Origin: Escherichia phage vB_Eco_OMNI12
Sequence record: OL362041.1
Direction: 5' to 3' (one strand)
DNA: 64,000 bases
Under the pieces are notes generated by a model, which saw only the letters and a list, made by a program, of their open reading frames with translations, made no database searches and was not told the DNA's origin. Position 1 is the first letter of the stretch. Each line of letters begins with the position of its first letter. This document shows, piece after piece, positions 1 to 13,056 of the stretch. The position numbers were made by a program, and so were the translations under genes.

Positions 1-2068
<2,068 letters not shown>

Positions 2069-2099
2069 ATATATTAAAGCATATTAAAGAGGATTAAAA

Positions 2100-4079
2100 A
2101 TGACTTTATTATCTCCGGGCATTGAGCTCAAAGAAACTACGGTTCAAAGCACCGTGGTTAATAACTCTACTGGTACAGCAGCTTTGGCCGGTAAATTCCA
2201 GTGGGGTCCTGCTTTTCAGATTAAACAGGTTACAAACGAAGTAGATTTAGTTAATACTTTTGGTCAACCTACAGCTGAAACTGCTGACTATTTTATGTCT
2301 GCAATGAATTTCTTACAATATGGAAATGATTTGCGAGTTGTGCGCGCTGTCGATAGAGATACCGCTAAAAACTCATCTCCGATTGCTGGTAATATTGAAT
2401 ACACAATTTCTACCCCAGGTAGTAACTACGCGGTTGGAGATAAAATCACGGTCAAATATGTTTCAGAAGATGTTGAAACAGAAGGTAAAATTACCGAAGT
2501 AGATGCTGATGGAAAAATTAAGAAAATTAATATTCCTACTGCAAAAATTATTGCTAAAGCTAAAGAAGTTGGCGAATACCCAACATTAGGTTCTAACTGG
2601 ACCGCGGAAATTTCTTCATCTTCTTCCGGTTTAGCTGCAGTAATAACTCTTGGAAAAATTATTACTGATTCTGGTATTTTATTAGCTGAAATTGAAAATG
2701 CTGAAGCTGCTATGACAGCGGTTGACTTTCAAGCAAATCTCGAAAAATACGGAATTCCAGGAGTAGTAGCTCTTTATCCAGGCGAATTAGGCGATAAAAT
2801 TGAAATTGAAATCGTATCTAAAGCTGACTATGCAAAAGGAGCTTCTGCATTACTCCCAATTTATCCAGGTGGCGGAACACGTGCATCTACTGCCAAAGCA
2901 GTGTTTGGATATGGACCACAAACTGATTCACAATACGCTATTATAGTTCGTCGCAATGATGCTATTGTTCAAAGTATTGTTCTTTCAACAAAGCGTGGTG
3001 AAAAAGATATTTACGATAGTAACATCTACATTGATGACTTTTTCACAAAAGGCGGTTCAGAATATATTTTCGCAACTGCACAAAACTGGCCAGAAGGATT
3101 CTCTGGAATTTTAACTCTGTCTGGTGGATTATCATCAAATGCTGAAGTAACAGCAGGAGATTTAATGGAAGCCTGGGACTTCTTTGCTGACCGTGAATCT
3201 GTTGACGTTCAGTTGTTTATTGCGGGTTCTTGTGCCGGTGAATCTTTAGAAACAGCATCTACTGTCCAAAAACACGTCGTTTCAATTGGGGATGCTCGCC
3301 AGGATTGCTTAGTATTATGCTCACCACCGCGCGAAACTGTAGTTGGAATTCCTGTAACTCGCGCTGTTGATAACTTAGTCAATTGGAGAACCGCAACAGG
3401 TTCATACACTGATAATAACTTTAATATCAGTTCAACCTATGCAGCAATTGATGGTAACTACAAATATCAGTATGACAAATATAATGATGTCAATCGCTGG
3501 GTTCCATTAGCAGCTGATATTGCCGGTTTATGTGCAAGAACCGATAACGTTTCTCAGACTTGGATGTCTCCAGCTGGTTATAATCGCGGCCAGATTCTTA
3601 ACGTTATTAAACTTGCTATTGAAACTCGCCAAGCTCAGCGCGACCGTTTATACCAAGAAGCTATCAACCCAGTAACTGGTACAGGTGGTGATGGTTACGT
3701 ATTATATGGTGATAAAACAGCTACTTCTGTTCCTTCTCCATTTGATCGTATTAACGTTCGTCGTCTGTTTAATATGTTGAAAACGAATATCGGACGTAGT
3801 TCAAAATATCGTTTGTTCGAATTAAACAACGCGTTTACTCGTTCATCATTCCGCACAGAAACTGCCCAATACTTACAGGGAATTAAAGCTCTCGGTGGAA
3901 TTTATGAATATCGTGTAGTTTGCGATACAACAAATAACACTCCGTCAGTAATTGATAGAAATGAGTTTGTTGCAACATTCTACATCCAACCTGCACGCAG
4001 TATAAATTATATCCAACTTAACTTCGTTGCGACTGCTACTGGTGCAGATTTCGATGAGTTGACTGGTCTTGCAGGTTAA
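2100..4079 (+). CDS. 18: contractile tail sheath protein
   Basis: 659 aa, same length as T4 gp18; follows gene 17; SD-like GAGG upstream. Confidence 0.9.
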   Translation: MTLLSPGIELKETTVQSTVVNNSTGTAALAGKFQWGPAFQIKQVTNEVDLVNTFGQPTAETADYFMSAMNFLQYGNDLRVVRAVDRDTAKNSSPIAGNIEYTISTPGSNYAVGDKITVKYVSEDVETEGKITEVDADGKIKKINIPTAKIIAKAKEVGEYPTLGSNWTAEISSSSSGLAAVITLGKIITDSGILLAEIENAEAAMTAVDFQANLEKYGIPGVVALYPGELGDKIEIEIVSKADYAKGASALLPIYPGGGTRASTAKAVFGYGPQTDSQYAIIVRRNDAIVQSIVLSTKRGEKDIYDSNIYIDDFFTKGGSEYIFATAQNWPEGFSGILTLSGGLSSNAEVTAGDLMEAWDFFADRESVDVQLFIAGSCAGESLETASTVQKHVVSIGDARQDCLVLCSPPRETVVGIPVTRAVDNLVNWRTATGSYTDNNFNISSTYAAIDGNYKYQYDKYNDVNRWVPLAADIAGLCARTDNVSQTWMSPAGYNRGQILNVIKLAIETRQAQRDRLYQEAINPVTGTGGDGYVLYGDKTATSVPSPFDRINVRRLFNMLKTNIGRSSKYRLFELNNAFTRSSFRTETAQYLQGIKALGGIYEYRVVCDTTNNTPSVIDRNEFVATFYIQPARSINYIQLNFVATATGADFDELTGLAG

Positions 4080-4114
4080 TACGGTGCATTCTAAAGGCCT
4101 GTTTCGGCAGGCCA

Positions 4115-4122
4115 TATAAATA
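4115..4122 (+). promoter_or_regulatory. late promoter TATAAATA upstream of gene 19
   Basis: Exact TATAAATA; second copy at 4174..4181. Confidence 0.6.
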
Positions 4123-4195
4123 CACTATATCCTTAATTCTTTAATTCTATATGCCCTAGGTTAAACATAGGGATATAAATACTACAGAGGCTAAT

Positions 4196-4687
4196 ATGTT
4201 TGTAGATGATGTAACACGAGCGTTTGAATCTGGTGATTTTGCTCGACCTAACTTATTCCAAGTAGAAATTTCTTATCTTGGACAAAATTTTACATTCCAA
4301 TGTAAAGCCACTGCTTTACCAGCTGGTATTGTAGAAAAAATTCCAGTCGGATTTATGAACCGTAAAATTAACGTAGCAGGCGATCGTACATTCGATGACT
4401 GGACTGTTACAGTAATGAACGATGAAGCTCATGATGCTCGCCAGAAGTTTGTTGATTGGCAAAGCATTGCTGCTGGTCAAGGAAACGAAATTACTGGTGG
4501 AAAACCTGCAGAGTATAAAAAGAGCGCTATTGTTCGTCAATATGCTCGTGATGCTAAAACAGTAACAAAAGAAATTGAAATTAAAGGTCTGTGGCCTACT
4601 AACGTGGGTGAACTTCAATTAGATTGGGATTCAAACAATGAAATCCAAACCTTTGAAGTAACTCTTGCTCTCGATTATTGGGAATAA
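4196..4687 (+). CDS. 19: tail tube protein
   Basis: 163 aa, T4 gp19 length; two TATAAATA late promoters upstream. Confidence 0.9.
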   Translation: MFVDDVTRAFESGDFARPNLFQVEISYLGQNFTFQCKATALPAGIVEKIPVGFMNRKINVAGDRTFDDWTVTVMNDEAHDARQKFVDWQSIAAGQGNEITGGKPAEYKKSAIVRQYARDAKTVTKEIEIKGLWPTNVGELQLDWDSNNEIQTFEVTLALDYWE

Positions 4688-4719
4688 AATGAATGGGGAG
4701 AAATCCCCATCCTGCTTAA

Positions 4720-6344
<1,625 letters not shown>

Positions 6345-6345
<1 letters not shown>

Positions 6346-6584
6346 TGGAAGGTTTAATTGAAGCTATTAAATCAAACGACCTCGTAGCCGCTCGTAAATT
6401 ATTTGCTGAAGCCATGGCTGCAAGAACGACTGATTTAATTAAAGAAGAAAAAATCGCTATCGCTCGTAATTTCTTAATCGAAGGTGAAGAACCTGATGAC
6501 GAGGATGATGACGAAGACGAAGATAGTGATGATAAAGACGACAAAAAAGACAAAGACTCTGACGAAGACGAGGATGATGAATAA
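6345..6584 (+). CDS. 67: prohead core protein with acidic C-terminal tail
   Basis: 79 aa; poly-Asp/Glu tail; position between 20 and 68. Confidence 0.7.
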
Positions 6585-7009
6585 TGCTTCTGATCCCTGA
6601 AACTCATGAATTAGTTCTCGAGAATGTCGAAGCACTTATTCCTGAAGCACAGGGTCGCTTTGACGAATTGTCTTCTGCTTTAAATAAAGACGATATAAAT
6701 ACAATTGTCGAGAATATGCTTGATGATGAAACTGATTTAGCGGTTGCATTAGCTTCTATTAATGAAAATATGCCGTTAAATGAATTTATCGTTAAACATG
6801 TTTCTGCCCGTGGTGAAATTACTCGCACTAAAGATCGCAAAACCCGCGAACGTAATGCATTTCAAACTACCGGGTTGTCTAAAGCAAAACGTAGACAAAT
6901 TGCTCGTAAAGCTACCAAAACGAAGATTGCCAATCCAGCAGGTCAATCTCGTGCTCAGCGTAAGCGTAAAAAAGCTCTTAAACGCCGTAAAGCATTAGGA
7001 TTAAGCTAA
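6584..7009 (+). CDS. 68: prohead core protein
   Basis: 141 aa; basic C-terminus; position upstream of gene 21. Confidence 0.7.
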
Positions 7010-7647
7010 TGAATGAACCCCAATTACTAATTGAAACTTGGGGTCAACCTGGCGAAATTATTGATGGCGTACCAATGCTTGAATCTCATGATGGAAAAGA
7101 CTTAGGTTTAAAACCGGGTTTATACATCGAAGGAATATTCATGCAAGCGGAAGTCGTCAATAGAAATAAACGTCTTTATCCAAAACGTATATTAGAAAAA
7201 GCGGTAAAAGACTATATTAATGAGCAAGTTTTAACTAAACAAGCTCTCGGAGAATTAAATCATCCTCCACGCGCTAATGTTGACCCGATGCAAGCCGCTA
7301 TCATTATAGAAGATATGTGGTGGAAAGGAAATGACGTATACGGACGAGCTCGTGTTATTGAAGGTGACCACGGTCCTGGAGATAAATTAGCAGCTAATAT
7401 TCGTGCCGGATGGATTCCAGGAGTTTCTTCTCGTGGATTAGGTTCATTGACTGACACAAATAAAGGTTATCGTATCGTAAACGAAGGATTCAAATTAACT
7501 GTAGGTGTTGATGCAGTATGGGGTCCAAGTGCTCCAGATGCATGGGTAACTCCTAAGGAAATTACCGAATCACAGACGGCGGAAGCCGATACAAGTGCCG
7601 ATGACGCCTATATGGCTCTCGCAGAGGCCATGAAAAAAGCGTTATAA
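7009..7647 (+). CDS. 21: prohead core protease
   Basis: 212 aa as T4 gp21; position between 68 and 22. Confidence 0.85.
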   Translation: MNEPQLLIETWGQPGEIIDGVPMLESHDGKDLGLKPGLYIEGIFMQAEVVNRNKRLYPKRILEKAVKDYINEQVLTKQALGELNHPPRANVDPMQAAIIIEDMWWKGNDVYGRARVIEGDHGPGDKLAANIRAGWIPGVSSRGLGSLTDTNKGYRIVNEGFKLTVGVDAVWGPSAPDAWVTPKEITESQTAEADTSADDAYMALAEAMKKAL

Positions 7648-7677
7648 ATATTATTATCTAAACAACAGGACTACAAA

Positions 7678-8487
7678 ATGCTTAAAGAACAACTGATTGC
7701 CGAAGCGCAGAAAATTGATGCTTCCGTTGCTCTTGATAGTATTTTCGAATCAGTTAATATTTCTCCGGAAGCAAAAGAAACTTTCGGCACTGTATTCGAA
7801 GCTACCGTCAAGCAGCACGCCGTTAAATTAGCTGAATCTCATATCGCTAAAATTGCTGAAAAAGCAGAAGAAGAAGTAGAAAAAAATAAAGAAGAAGCAG
7901 AAGAAAAAGCTGAGAAGAAAATAGCTGAGCAAGCTTCTAAATTCCTTGACCATCTTGCAAAAGAATGGCTCGCTGAAAATAAATTAGCAGTTGATAAAGG
8001 CATCAAAGCCGAACTGTTTGAATCCATGCTTGGTGGATTAAAAGAGCTCTTTGTTGAACACAACGTTGTTGTTCCAGAAGAATCAGTTGATATTGTAGCT
8101 GAAATGGAAGAAGAGCTGCAAGAACATAAAGAAGAATCAGCTCGTCTGTTCGAAGAACTCAATAAGCGTGACGCATATATCAATTATGTGCAGCGTGAAG
8201 TGGCATTGAGCGAAAGTACTAAAGATCTGACTGAGTCTCAAAAAGAAAAAGTCTCTGCTCTGGTCGAAGGTATGGATTATTCAGATGCATTCTCAAGTAA
8301 ATTGAGTGCAATCGTAGAAATGGTGAAGAAATCTAATAAAGATGAAAGCACTATTACTGAGAGTATAAATACTCCTGATACTGAAGCAGCCGGACTGAAT
8401 TTCGTCACTGAAGCTGTAGAAGATAAAGCTGCACCTGGTGCAGAAGATATTGTAAGTGTATATGCGAAAGTCGCATCTCGTTTCTAA
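7678..8487 (+). CDS. 22: prohead scaffolding core protein
   Basis: 269 aa; Glu/Lys-rich coiled-coil-like sequence; immediately upstream of major capsid gene. Confidence 0.85.
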   Translation: MLKEQLIAEAQKIDASVALDSIFESVNISPEAKETFGTVFEATVKQHAVKLAESHIAKIAEKAEEEVEKNKEEAEEKAEKKIAEQASKFLDHLAKEWLAENKLAVDKGIKAELFESMLGGLKELFVEHNVVVPEESVDIVAEMEEELQEHKEESARLFEELNKRDAYINYVQREVALSESTKDLTESQKEKVSALVEGMDYSDAFSSKLSAIVEMVKKSNKDESTITESINTPDTEAAGLNFVTEAVEDKAAPGAEDIVSVYAKVASRF

Positions 8488-8505
8488 TTTTAAAGGTTAA
8501 CACAA

Positions 8506-10071
8506 ATGACTATCAAAACTAAAGCTGAACTTTTGAACAAATGGAAGCCATTACTGGAAGGTGAAGGTTTACCGGAAATTGCTAATAGCAAACAAGCGAT
8601 TATCGCTAAAATCTTTGAAAACCAGGAAAAAGATTTCCAGACAGCTCCGGAATATAAAGACGAAAAAATTGCTCAGGCATTTGGTTCTTTCTTAACAGAA
8701 GCTGAAATCGGTGGTGACCACGGTTACAATGCTACCAACATCGCTGCAGGTCAGACTTCTGGCGCAGTAACTCAGATTGGCCCAGCTGTTATGGGTATGG
8801 TACGTCGTGCTATTCCTAACCTGATTGCTTTCGATATTTGTGGTGTTCAGCCGATGAACAGCCCAACCGGTCAGGTATTCGCACTCCGCGCGGTATATGG
8901 TAAAGACCCAATCGCTGCCGATGCTAAAGAAGCATTCCACCCAATGTATGGTCCAGATGCAATGTTCTCTGGTCAGGGTGCTGCTAAGAAATTCCCAGCT
9001 CTGGCTGCTAGCACACAAACCACAGTAGGTGATATCTATACTCACTTCTTCCAGGACACTGGTACTGTGTATCTGCAAGCTTCTGCTCAAGTAACAATCG
9101 ATGCTGGTGCGACTGATGCTGCTAAATTAGATGCTGAAATTAAGAAACAAATGGAAGCTGGTGCACTGGTAGAAATCGCTGAAGGTATGGCTACTTCTAT
9201 CGCTGAACTTCAGGAAGGTTTCAATGGTTCTACCGATAACCCATGGAATGAAATGGGCTTCCGTATCGATAAGCAAGTTATCGAAGCTAAATCTCGTCAG
9301 CTGAAAGCTGCTTACTCTATTGAATTAGCACAAGACCTCCGCGCTGTTCACGGTATGGATGCTGATGCTGAACTGTCTGGTATTCTGGCTACCGAAATCA
9401 TGCTGGAAATCAACCGTGAAGTTGTTGATTGGATTAACTACTCCGCACAGGTTGGTAAATCTGGTATGACCCTGACTCCGGGTTCTAAAGCTGGTGTATT
9501 TGACTTCCAGGATCCGATTGATATTCGTGGTGCTCGCTGGGCGGGTGAATCCTTTAAAGCTCTGTTGTTCCAGATTGACAAAGAAGCAGTTGAAATTGCT
9601 CGTCAGACCGGTCGTGGTGAAGGTAACTTCATTATCGCTTCCCGTAACGTAGTTAACGTTCTGGCTTCAGTTGATACCGGCATTTCTTATGCTGCACAGG
9701 GTCTGGCTACCGGCTTTAACACTGATACTACCAAGTCAGTATTTGCTGGTGTTCTGGGTGGTAAATACCGCGTATATATCGACCAGTATGCTAAACAAGA
9801 TTATTTCACTGTAGGTTATAAAGGTCCGAACGAAATGGATGCTGGTATTTACTATGCTCCATATGTAGCTCTGACTCCGCTGCGTGGTTCCGATCCGAAG
9901 AACTTCCAACCAGTAATGGGATTCAAAACTCGTTACGGTATCGGTATCAACCCATTTGCAGAATCCGCTGCTCAGGCTCCGGCTTCTCGCATCCAGAGCG
10001 GTATGCCTTCTATCCTGAACAGCCTTGGTAAAAACGCTTACTTCCGCCGTGTATATGTTAAAGGTATCTAA
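8506..10071 (+). CDS. 23: major capsid protein
   Basis: 521 aa; N-terminus MTIKTKAELLNKWKPLLEGEG recognised as T4 gp23; strong terminator downstream. Confidence 0.95.
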   Translation: MTIKTKAELLNKWKPLLEGEGLPEIANSKQAIIAKIFENQEKDFQTAPEYKDEKIAQAFGSFLTEAEIGGDHGYNATNIAAGQTSGAVTQIGPAVMGMVRRAIPNLIAFDICGVQPMNSPTGQVFALRAVYGKDPIAADAKEAFHPMYGPDAMFSGQGAAKKFPALAASTQTTVGDIYTHFFQDTGTVYLQASAQVTIDAGATDAAKLDAEIKKQMEAGALVEIAEGMATSIAELQEGFNGSTDNPWNEMGFRIDKQVIEAKSRQLKAAYSIELAQDLRAVHGMDADAELSGILATEIMLEINREVVDWINYSAQVGKSGMTLTPGSKAGVFDFQDPIDIRGARWAGESFKALLFQIDKEAVEIARQTGRGEGNFIIASRNVVNVLASVDTGISYAAQGLATGFNTDTTKSVFAGVLGGKYRVYIDQYAKQDYFTVGYKGPNEMDAGIYYAPYVALTPLRGSDPKNFQPVMGFKTRYGIGINPFAESAAQAPASRIQSGMPSILNSLGKNAYFRRVYVKGI

Positions 10072-10086
10072 TCTTTGACGATTTAA

Positions 10087-10115
10087 GGGACCTTCGGGTC
10101 CCTTTAGTTGTTTTT
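10087..10115 (+). terminator. rho-independent terminator after gene 23
   Basis: GGGACC-TTCG-GGTCCC hairpin followed by T-rich run. Confidence 0.75.
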
Positions 10116-10119
10116 ATGG

Positions 10120-10127
10120 TATAAATA
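10120..10127 (+). promoter_or_regulatory. late promoter TATAAATA for gene 24
   Basis: Exact TATAAATA about 28 nt upstream of start. Confidence 0.65.
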
Positions 10128-10154
10128 AATCATATAAACCAAAAGGAAAGCGCA

Positions 10155-11438
10155 ATGGCTAAAATCAACGAACTTCTGCGCGAATCAACCACAACGAATA
10201 GCAACTCAATCGGTCGCCCAAATCTCGTTGCTTTGACTCGCGCTACCACTAAATTAATATATTCTGACATTGTAGCAACGCAAAGAACTAATCAACCTGT
10301 TGCTGCTTTTTATGGTATCAAATACCTTAACCCAGACAATGAATTTACATTTAAAACTGGTGCTACTTATGCTGGCGAAGCTGGATATGTAGACCGAGAA
10401 CAAATCACAGAATTAACAGAAGAGTCTAAATTAACTCTCAATAAGGGCGATTTATTCAAATATAATAATATCGTTTATAAAGTATTAGAAGATACACCAT
10501 TTGCTGATATTGAAGAAAGCGATTTAGAATTAGCTCTTCAGATTGCAATTGTTCTTTTAAAGGTTCGTCTATTTTCTGACGCAGCGTCAACAAGCAAATT
10601 TGAAAGCTCTGATAGTGAAATTGCGGATGCTAGATTCCAGATTAATAAATGGCAAACCGCAGTTAAATCTCGTAAACTTAAAACTGGTATCACAGTTGAA
10701 TTAGCACAAGATTTAGAAGCAAATGGATTCGATGCTCCTAATTTCTTGGAAGATTTGCTTGCAACTGAAATGGCAGATGAAATCAATAAAGATATTCTGC
10801 AGTCTTTGATTACAGTGTCAAAACGCTATAAAGTTACAGGAATTACTGATACTGGATTCATCGATTTGAGTTATGCATCTGCACCTGAAGCTGGTCGTTC
10901 ATTATACCGAATGGTATGTGAAATGGTTTCGCATATCCAAAAAGAATCAACTTATACAGCAACGTTCTGTGTTGCTTCAGCTCGTGCTGCTGCGATTCTT
11001 GCTGCATCAGGTTGGTTAAAACATAAACCAGAAGATGATAAATATCTTTCACAAAATGCCTATGGGTTCTTAGCTAATGGTTTACCGCTTTATTGCGATA
11101 CTAACAGCCCATTAGATTATGTAATCGTTGGCGTAGTAGAAAATATCGGTGAAAAAGAAATTGTTGGATCAATTTTCTATGCTCCGTATACAGAAGGTCT
11201 TGACTTAGATGACCCTGAACATGTAGGTGCATTTAAAGTTGTAGTTGATCCAGAAAGTTTGCAGCCATCTATCGGTTTATTAGTTAGATATGCTTTATCT
11301 GCAAATCCTTACACCGTAGCAAAAGATGAAAAAGAAGCAAGAGTAATTGATGGTGGAGACATGGATAAAATGGCGGGTCGTTCAGATTTGTCTGTTTTAT
11401 TAGGTGTTAAATTACCAAAAATTATCGTTGATGAATAA
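10155..11438 (+). CDS. 24: capsid vertex protein
   Basis: 427 aa as T4 gp24; late promoter TATAAATA at 10120; paralogous position after gene 23. Confidence 0.88.
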   Translation: MAKINELLRESTTTNSNSIGRPNLVALTRATTKLIYSDIVATQRTNQPVAAFYGIKYLNPDNEFTFKTGATYAGEAGYVDREQITELTEESKLTLNKGDLFKYNNIVYKVLEDTPFADIEESDLELALQIAIVLLKVRLFSDAASTSKFESSDSEIADARFQINKWQTAVKSRKLKTGITVELAQDLEANGFDAPNFLEDLLATEMADEINKDILQSLITVSKRYKVTGITDTGFIDLSYASAPEAGRSLYRMVCEMVSHIQKESTYTATFCVASARAAAILAASGWLKHKPEDDKYLSQNAYGFLANGLPLYCDTNSPLDYVIVGVVENIGEKEIVGSIFYAPYTEGLDLDDPEHVGAFKVVVDPESLQPSIGLLVRYALSANPYTVAKDEKEARVIDGGDMDKMAGRSDLSVLLGVKLPKIIVDE

Positions 11439-11444
11439 AACAAA

Positions 11445-11460
11445 GGGACCAAAAGGTCCC
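11445..11460. terminator. bidirectional terminator between gene 24 and rnlB
   Basis: GGGACC-AAAA-GGTCCC flanked by A-run and T-run. Confidence 0.7.
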
Positions 11461-11467
11461 TTTTTAT

Positions 11468-12472
11468 TTAACTTACCAATTCAATCCAAGCCGGACGAAG
11501 TACATCTTGTACCATTTTAACTAATTCCTTCTTAATCAAAGAAGGATTATCCGCTTGAGCTAAAGTAATACCTTCACGAGAAGTTTCTTCCAAAATATCT
11601 TGAACAGTTAGTCCCATCACCTTTCCAAAATCCTTCGGACCAATTTCACCAATTTTAGAAATAACGTTATTTACTCGGTTCAGTGTAACGTAACAAGCTA
11701 AAATTCCAACCAATTTGTTATCAGCTTCTGACAGTTCAACTTTAGCTTTAATAGGCTTATCAGACTTTTTCTTTTCACTAAATTTAGAGTTCTTGCATTT
11801 GATAGCTACGCGATTGCCATTAGGCATCCAAGAAGGATAACAAGGTTTCAATACATATCCTTCAGCGGTAAATACTTCGCCTTTTACTTCAGCATTCCAA
11901 ACGCATTTATTTGCATCAACTAATCCAGCATGGTCTACCGTAAAATTATAATCCTGGACGACAGAATCTAAATCATTTGGCAATTTAATAAGTTCTTCAA
12001 ATTTACCACGACCTAAAAGTGGAGCCATTTTAAATTTAAATGTATTACAGAATGATTCCATCATATAATCATCGACATAAGTCACATCACCACTTTCGGT
12101 AGTAACAATAATGTCAAATACATAAAAATCTTTATCACCATAATCGACATTCTTCTGAATGCCAGGTCCAGCGAATTCGCCAAAGACTTGATAAGATACA
12201 ACCGCTGAAGTTTCCATAATATCTTGTACTGCTTTAATAGAATCAGCGTAATTCTTCAAAATAATTTCATACCCAAAGAAATCTTCAGCAGGAAGAATAG
12301 GACCAGTGCGTTTAGCGCAAGTTACTTTATCACGCTCAATAATCAATGAGAAATTTGTGCCGTGAATCTTTTCACGAGCTACCCACTCCCCACCAGTCAA
12401 TCCCAAGCTATAAAGTTTTTCAATAAATTTAGAGTTGTAATGATTTTCAAGACTGCTATACTTTTTAAACAT
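11468..12472 (-). CDS. rnlB: RNA ligase 2
   Basis: 334 aa; nucleotidyltransferase KxHG motif (EKIHGTN) near N-terminus; T4 position after gene 24. Confidence 0.85.
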   Translation of the reverse strand: MFKKYSSLENHYNSKFIEKLYSLGLTGGEWVAREKIHGTNFSLIIERDKVTCAKRTGPILPAEDFFGYEIILKNYADSIKAVQDIMETSAVVSYQVFGEFAGPGIQKNVDYGDKDFYVFDIIVTTESGDVTYVDDYMMESFCNTFKFKMAPLLGRGKFEELIKLPNDLDSVVQDYNFTVDHAGLVDANKCVWNAEVKGEVFTAEGYVLKPCYPSWMPNGNRVAIKCKNSKFSEKKKSDKPIKAKVELSEADNKLVGILACYVTLNRVNNVISKIGEIGPKDFGKVMGLTVQDILEETSREGITLAQADNPSLIKKELVKMVQDVLRPAWIELVS

Positions 12473-12481
12473 AATTAATCC

Positions 12482-12760
12482 TCAAAATGTAATTTCTAAC
12501 CAATCACCATCACGCTGATCACTATTGACTTTAAAGCTAAATCCTTCTTTTCTCAGCCAATCACCAATTTCTTCAGTAATCAATTTATCGCGAGCAGTAC
12601 AATAATAACTAAAATATGTTTTACCTTGTTCAGCTGCTTTATTAGCAAGTTCCGAAAAATCTTTAATAAAACACTCTAGCTTAAACTGTTTACTTTTAAG
12701 TGCTTTTTCGCGTAATCGATTAGCAAAAGATTCATTTTCATAAAGATCATACTGTTCCAT
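12482..12760 (-). CDS. hypothetical protein (24.2-like position)
   Basis: 92 aa ORF tightly packed between rnlB and next ORF. Confidence 0.5.
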   Translation of the reverse strand: MEQYDLYENESFANRLREKALKSKQFKLECFIKDFSELANKAAEQGKTYFSYYCTARDKLITEEIGDWLRKEGFSFKVNSDQRDGDWLEITF

Positions 12761-12763
12761 TTT

Positions 12764-12961
12764 TCACCTTTTATTAATATGTCTTTTTCTATAGACAACT
12801 TTTTCTCGAGTTTCAAATTTATTCTTAGCAGTCATAGCTCGAGCCCATAATACAGCCACTTCTTTCGCCTGTAAGTTTAATTCACGAGCAATTTCAATGA
12901 ATGACTTTCCAGACTCATGAAGAGTAAACACCACAACCTCAGTTCTCATAATCAATCTCAT
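12764..12961 (-). CDS. hypothetical small protein, possible helix-turn-helix (24.3-like position)
   Basis: 65 aa ORF; segment KSFIEIARELNLQAKEV resembles an HTH. Confidence 0.45.
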   Translation of the reverse strand: MRLIMRTEVVVFTLHESGKSFIEIARELNLQAKEVAVLWARAMTAKNKFETREKVVYRKRHINKR

Positions 12962-13030
12962 GTTATCGAGTTGATGCCATTATATACATCATTTTCTGAG
13001 TATGTTTTGTGTGCTTTCAAAATGAAGAAA

Positions 13031-13045
13031 GGGGCCGAAGCCCCT
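13031..13045 (-). terminator. terminator hairpin downstream of hoc
   Basis: GGGGC-CGAA-GCCCC; U-rich on minus-strand transcript. Confidence 0.55.
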
Positions 13046-13056
13046 TATGATTATGA

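Noticed and set aside
4316-4618. Antisense ORFs inside large structural genes (e.g. 4316..4618, 7839..8183, 8692..9090, 55479..55721, 59735..60295)
   Set aside because: Fully embedded opposite well-supported conserved genes, no RBS, atypical composition; spurious.
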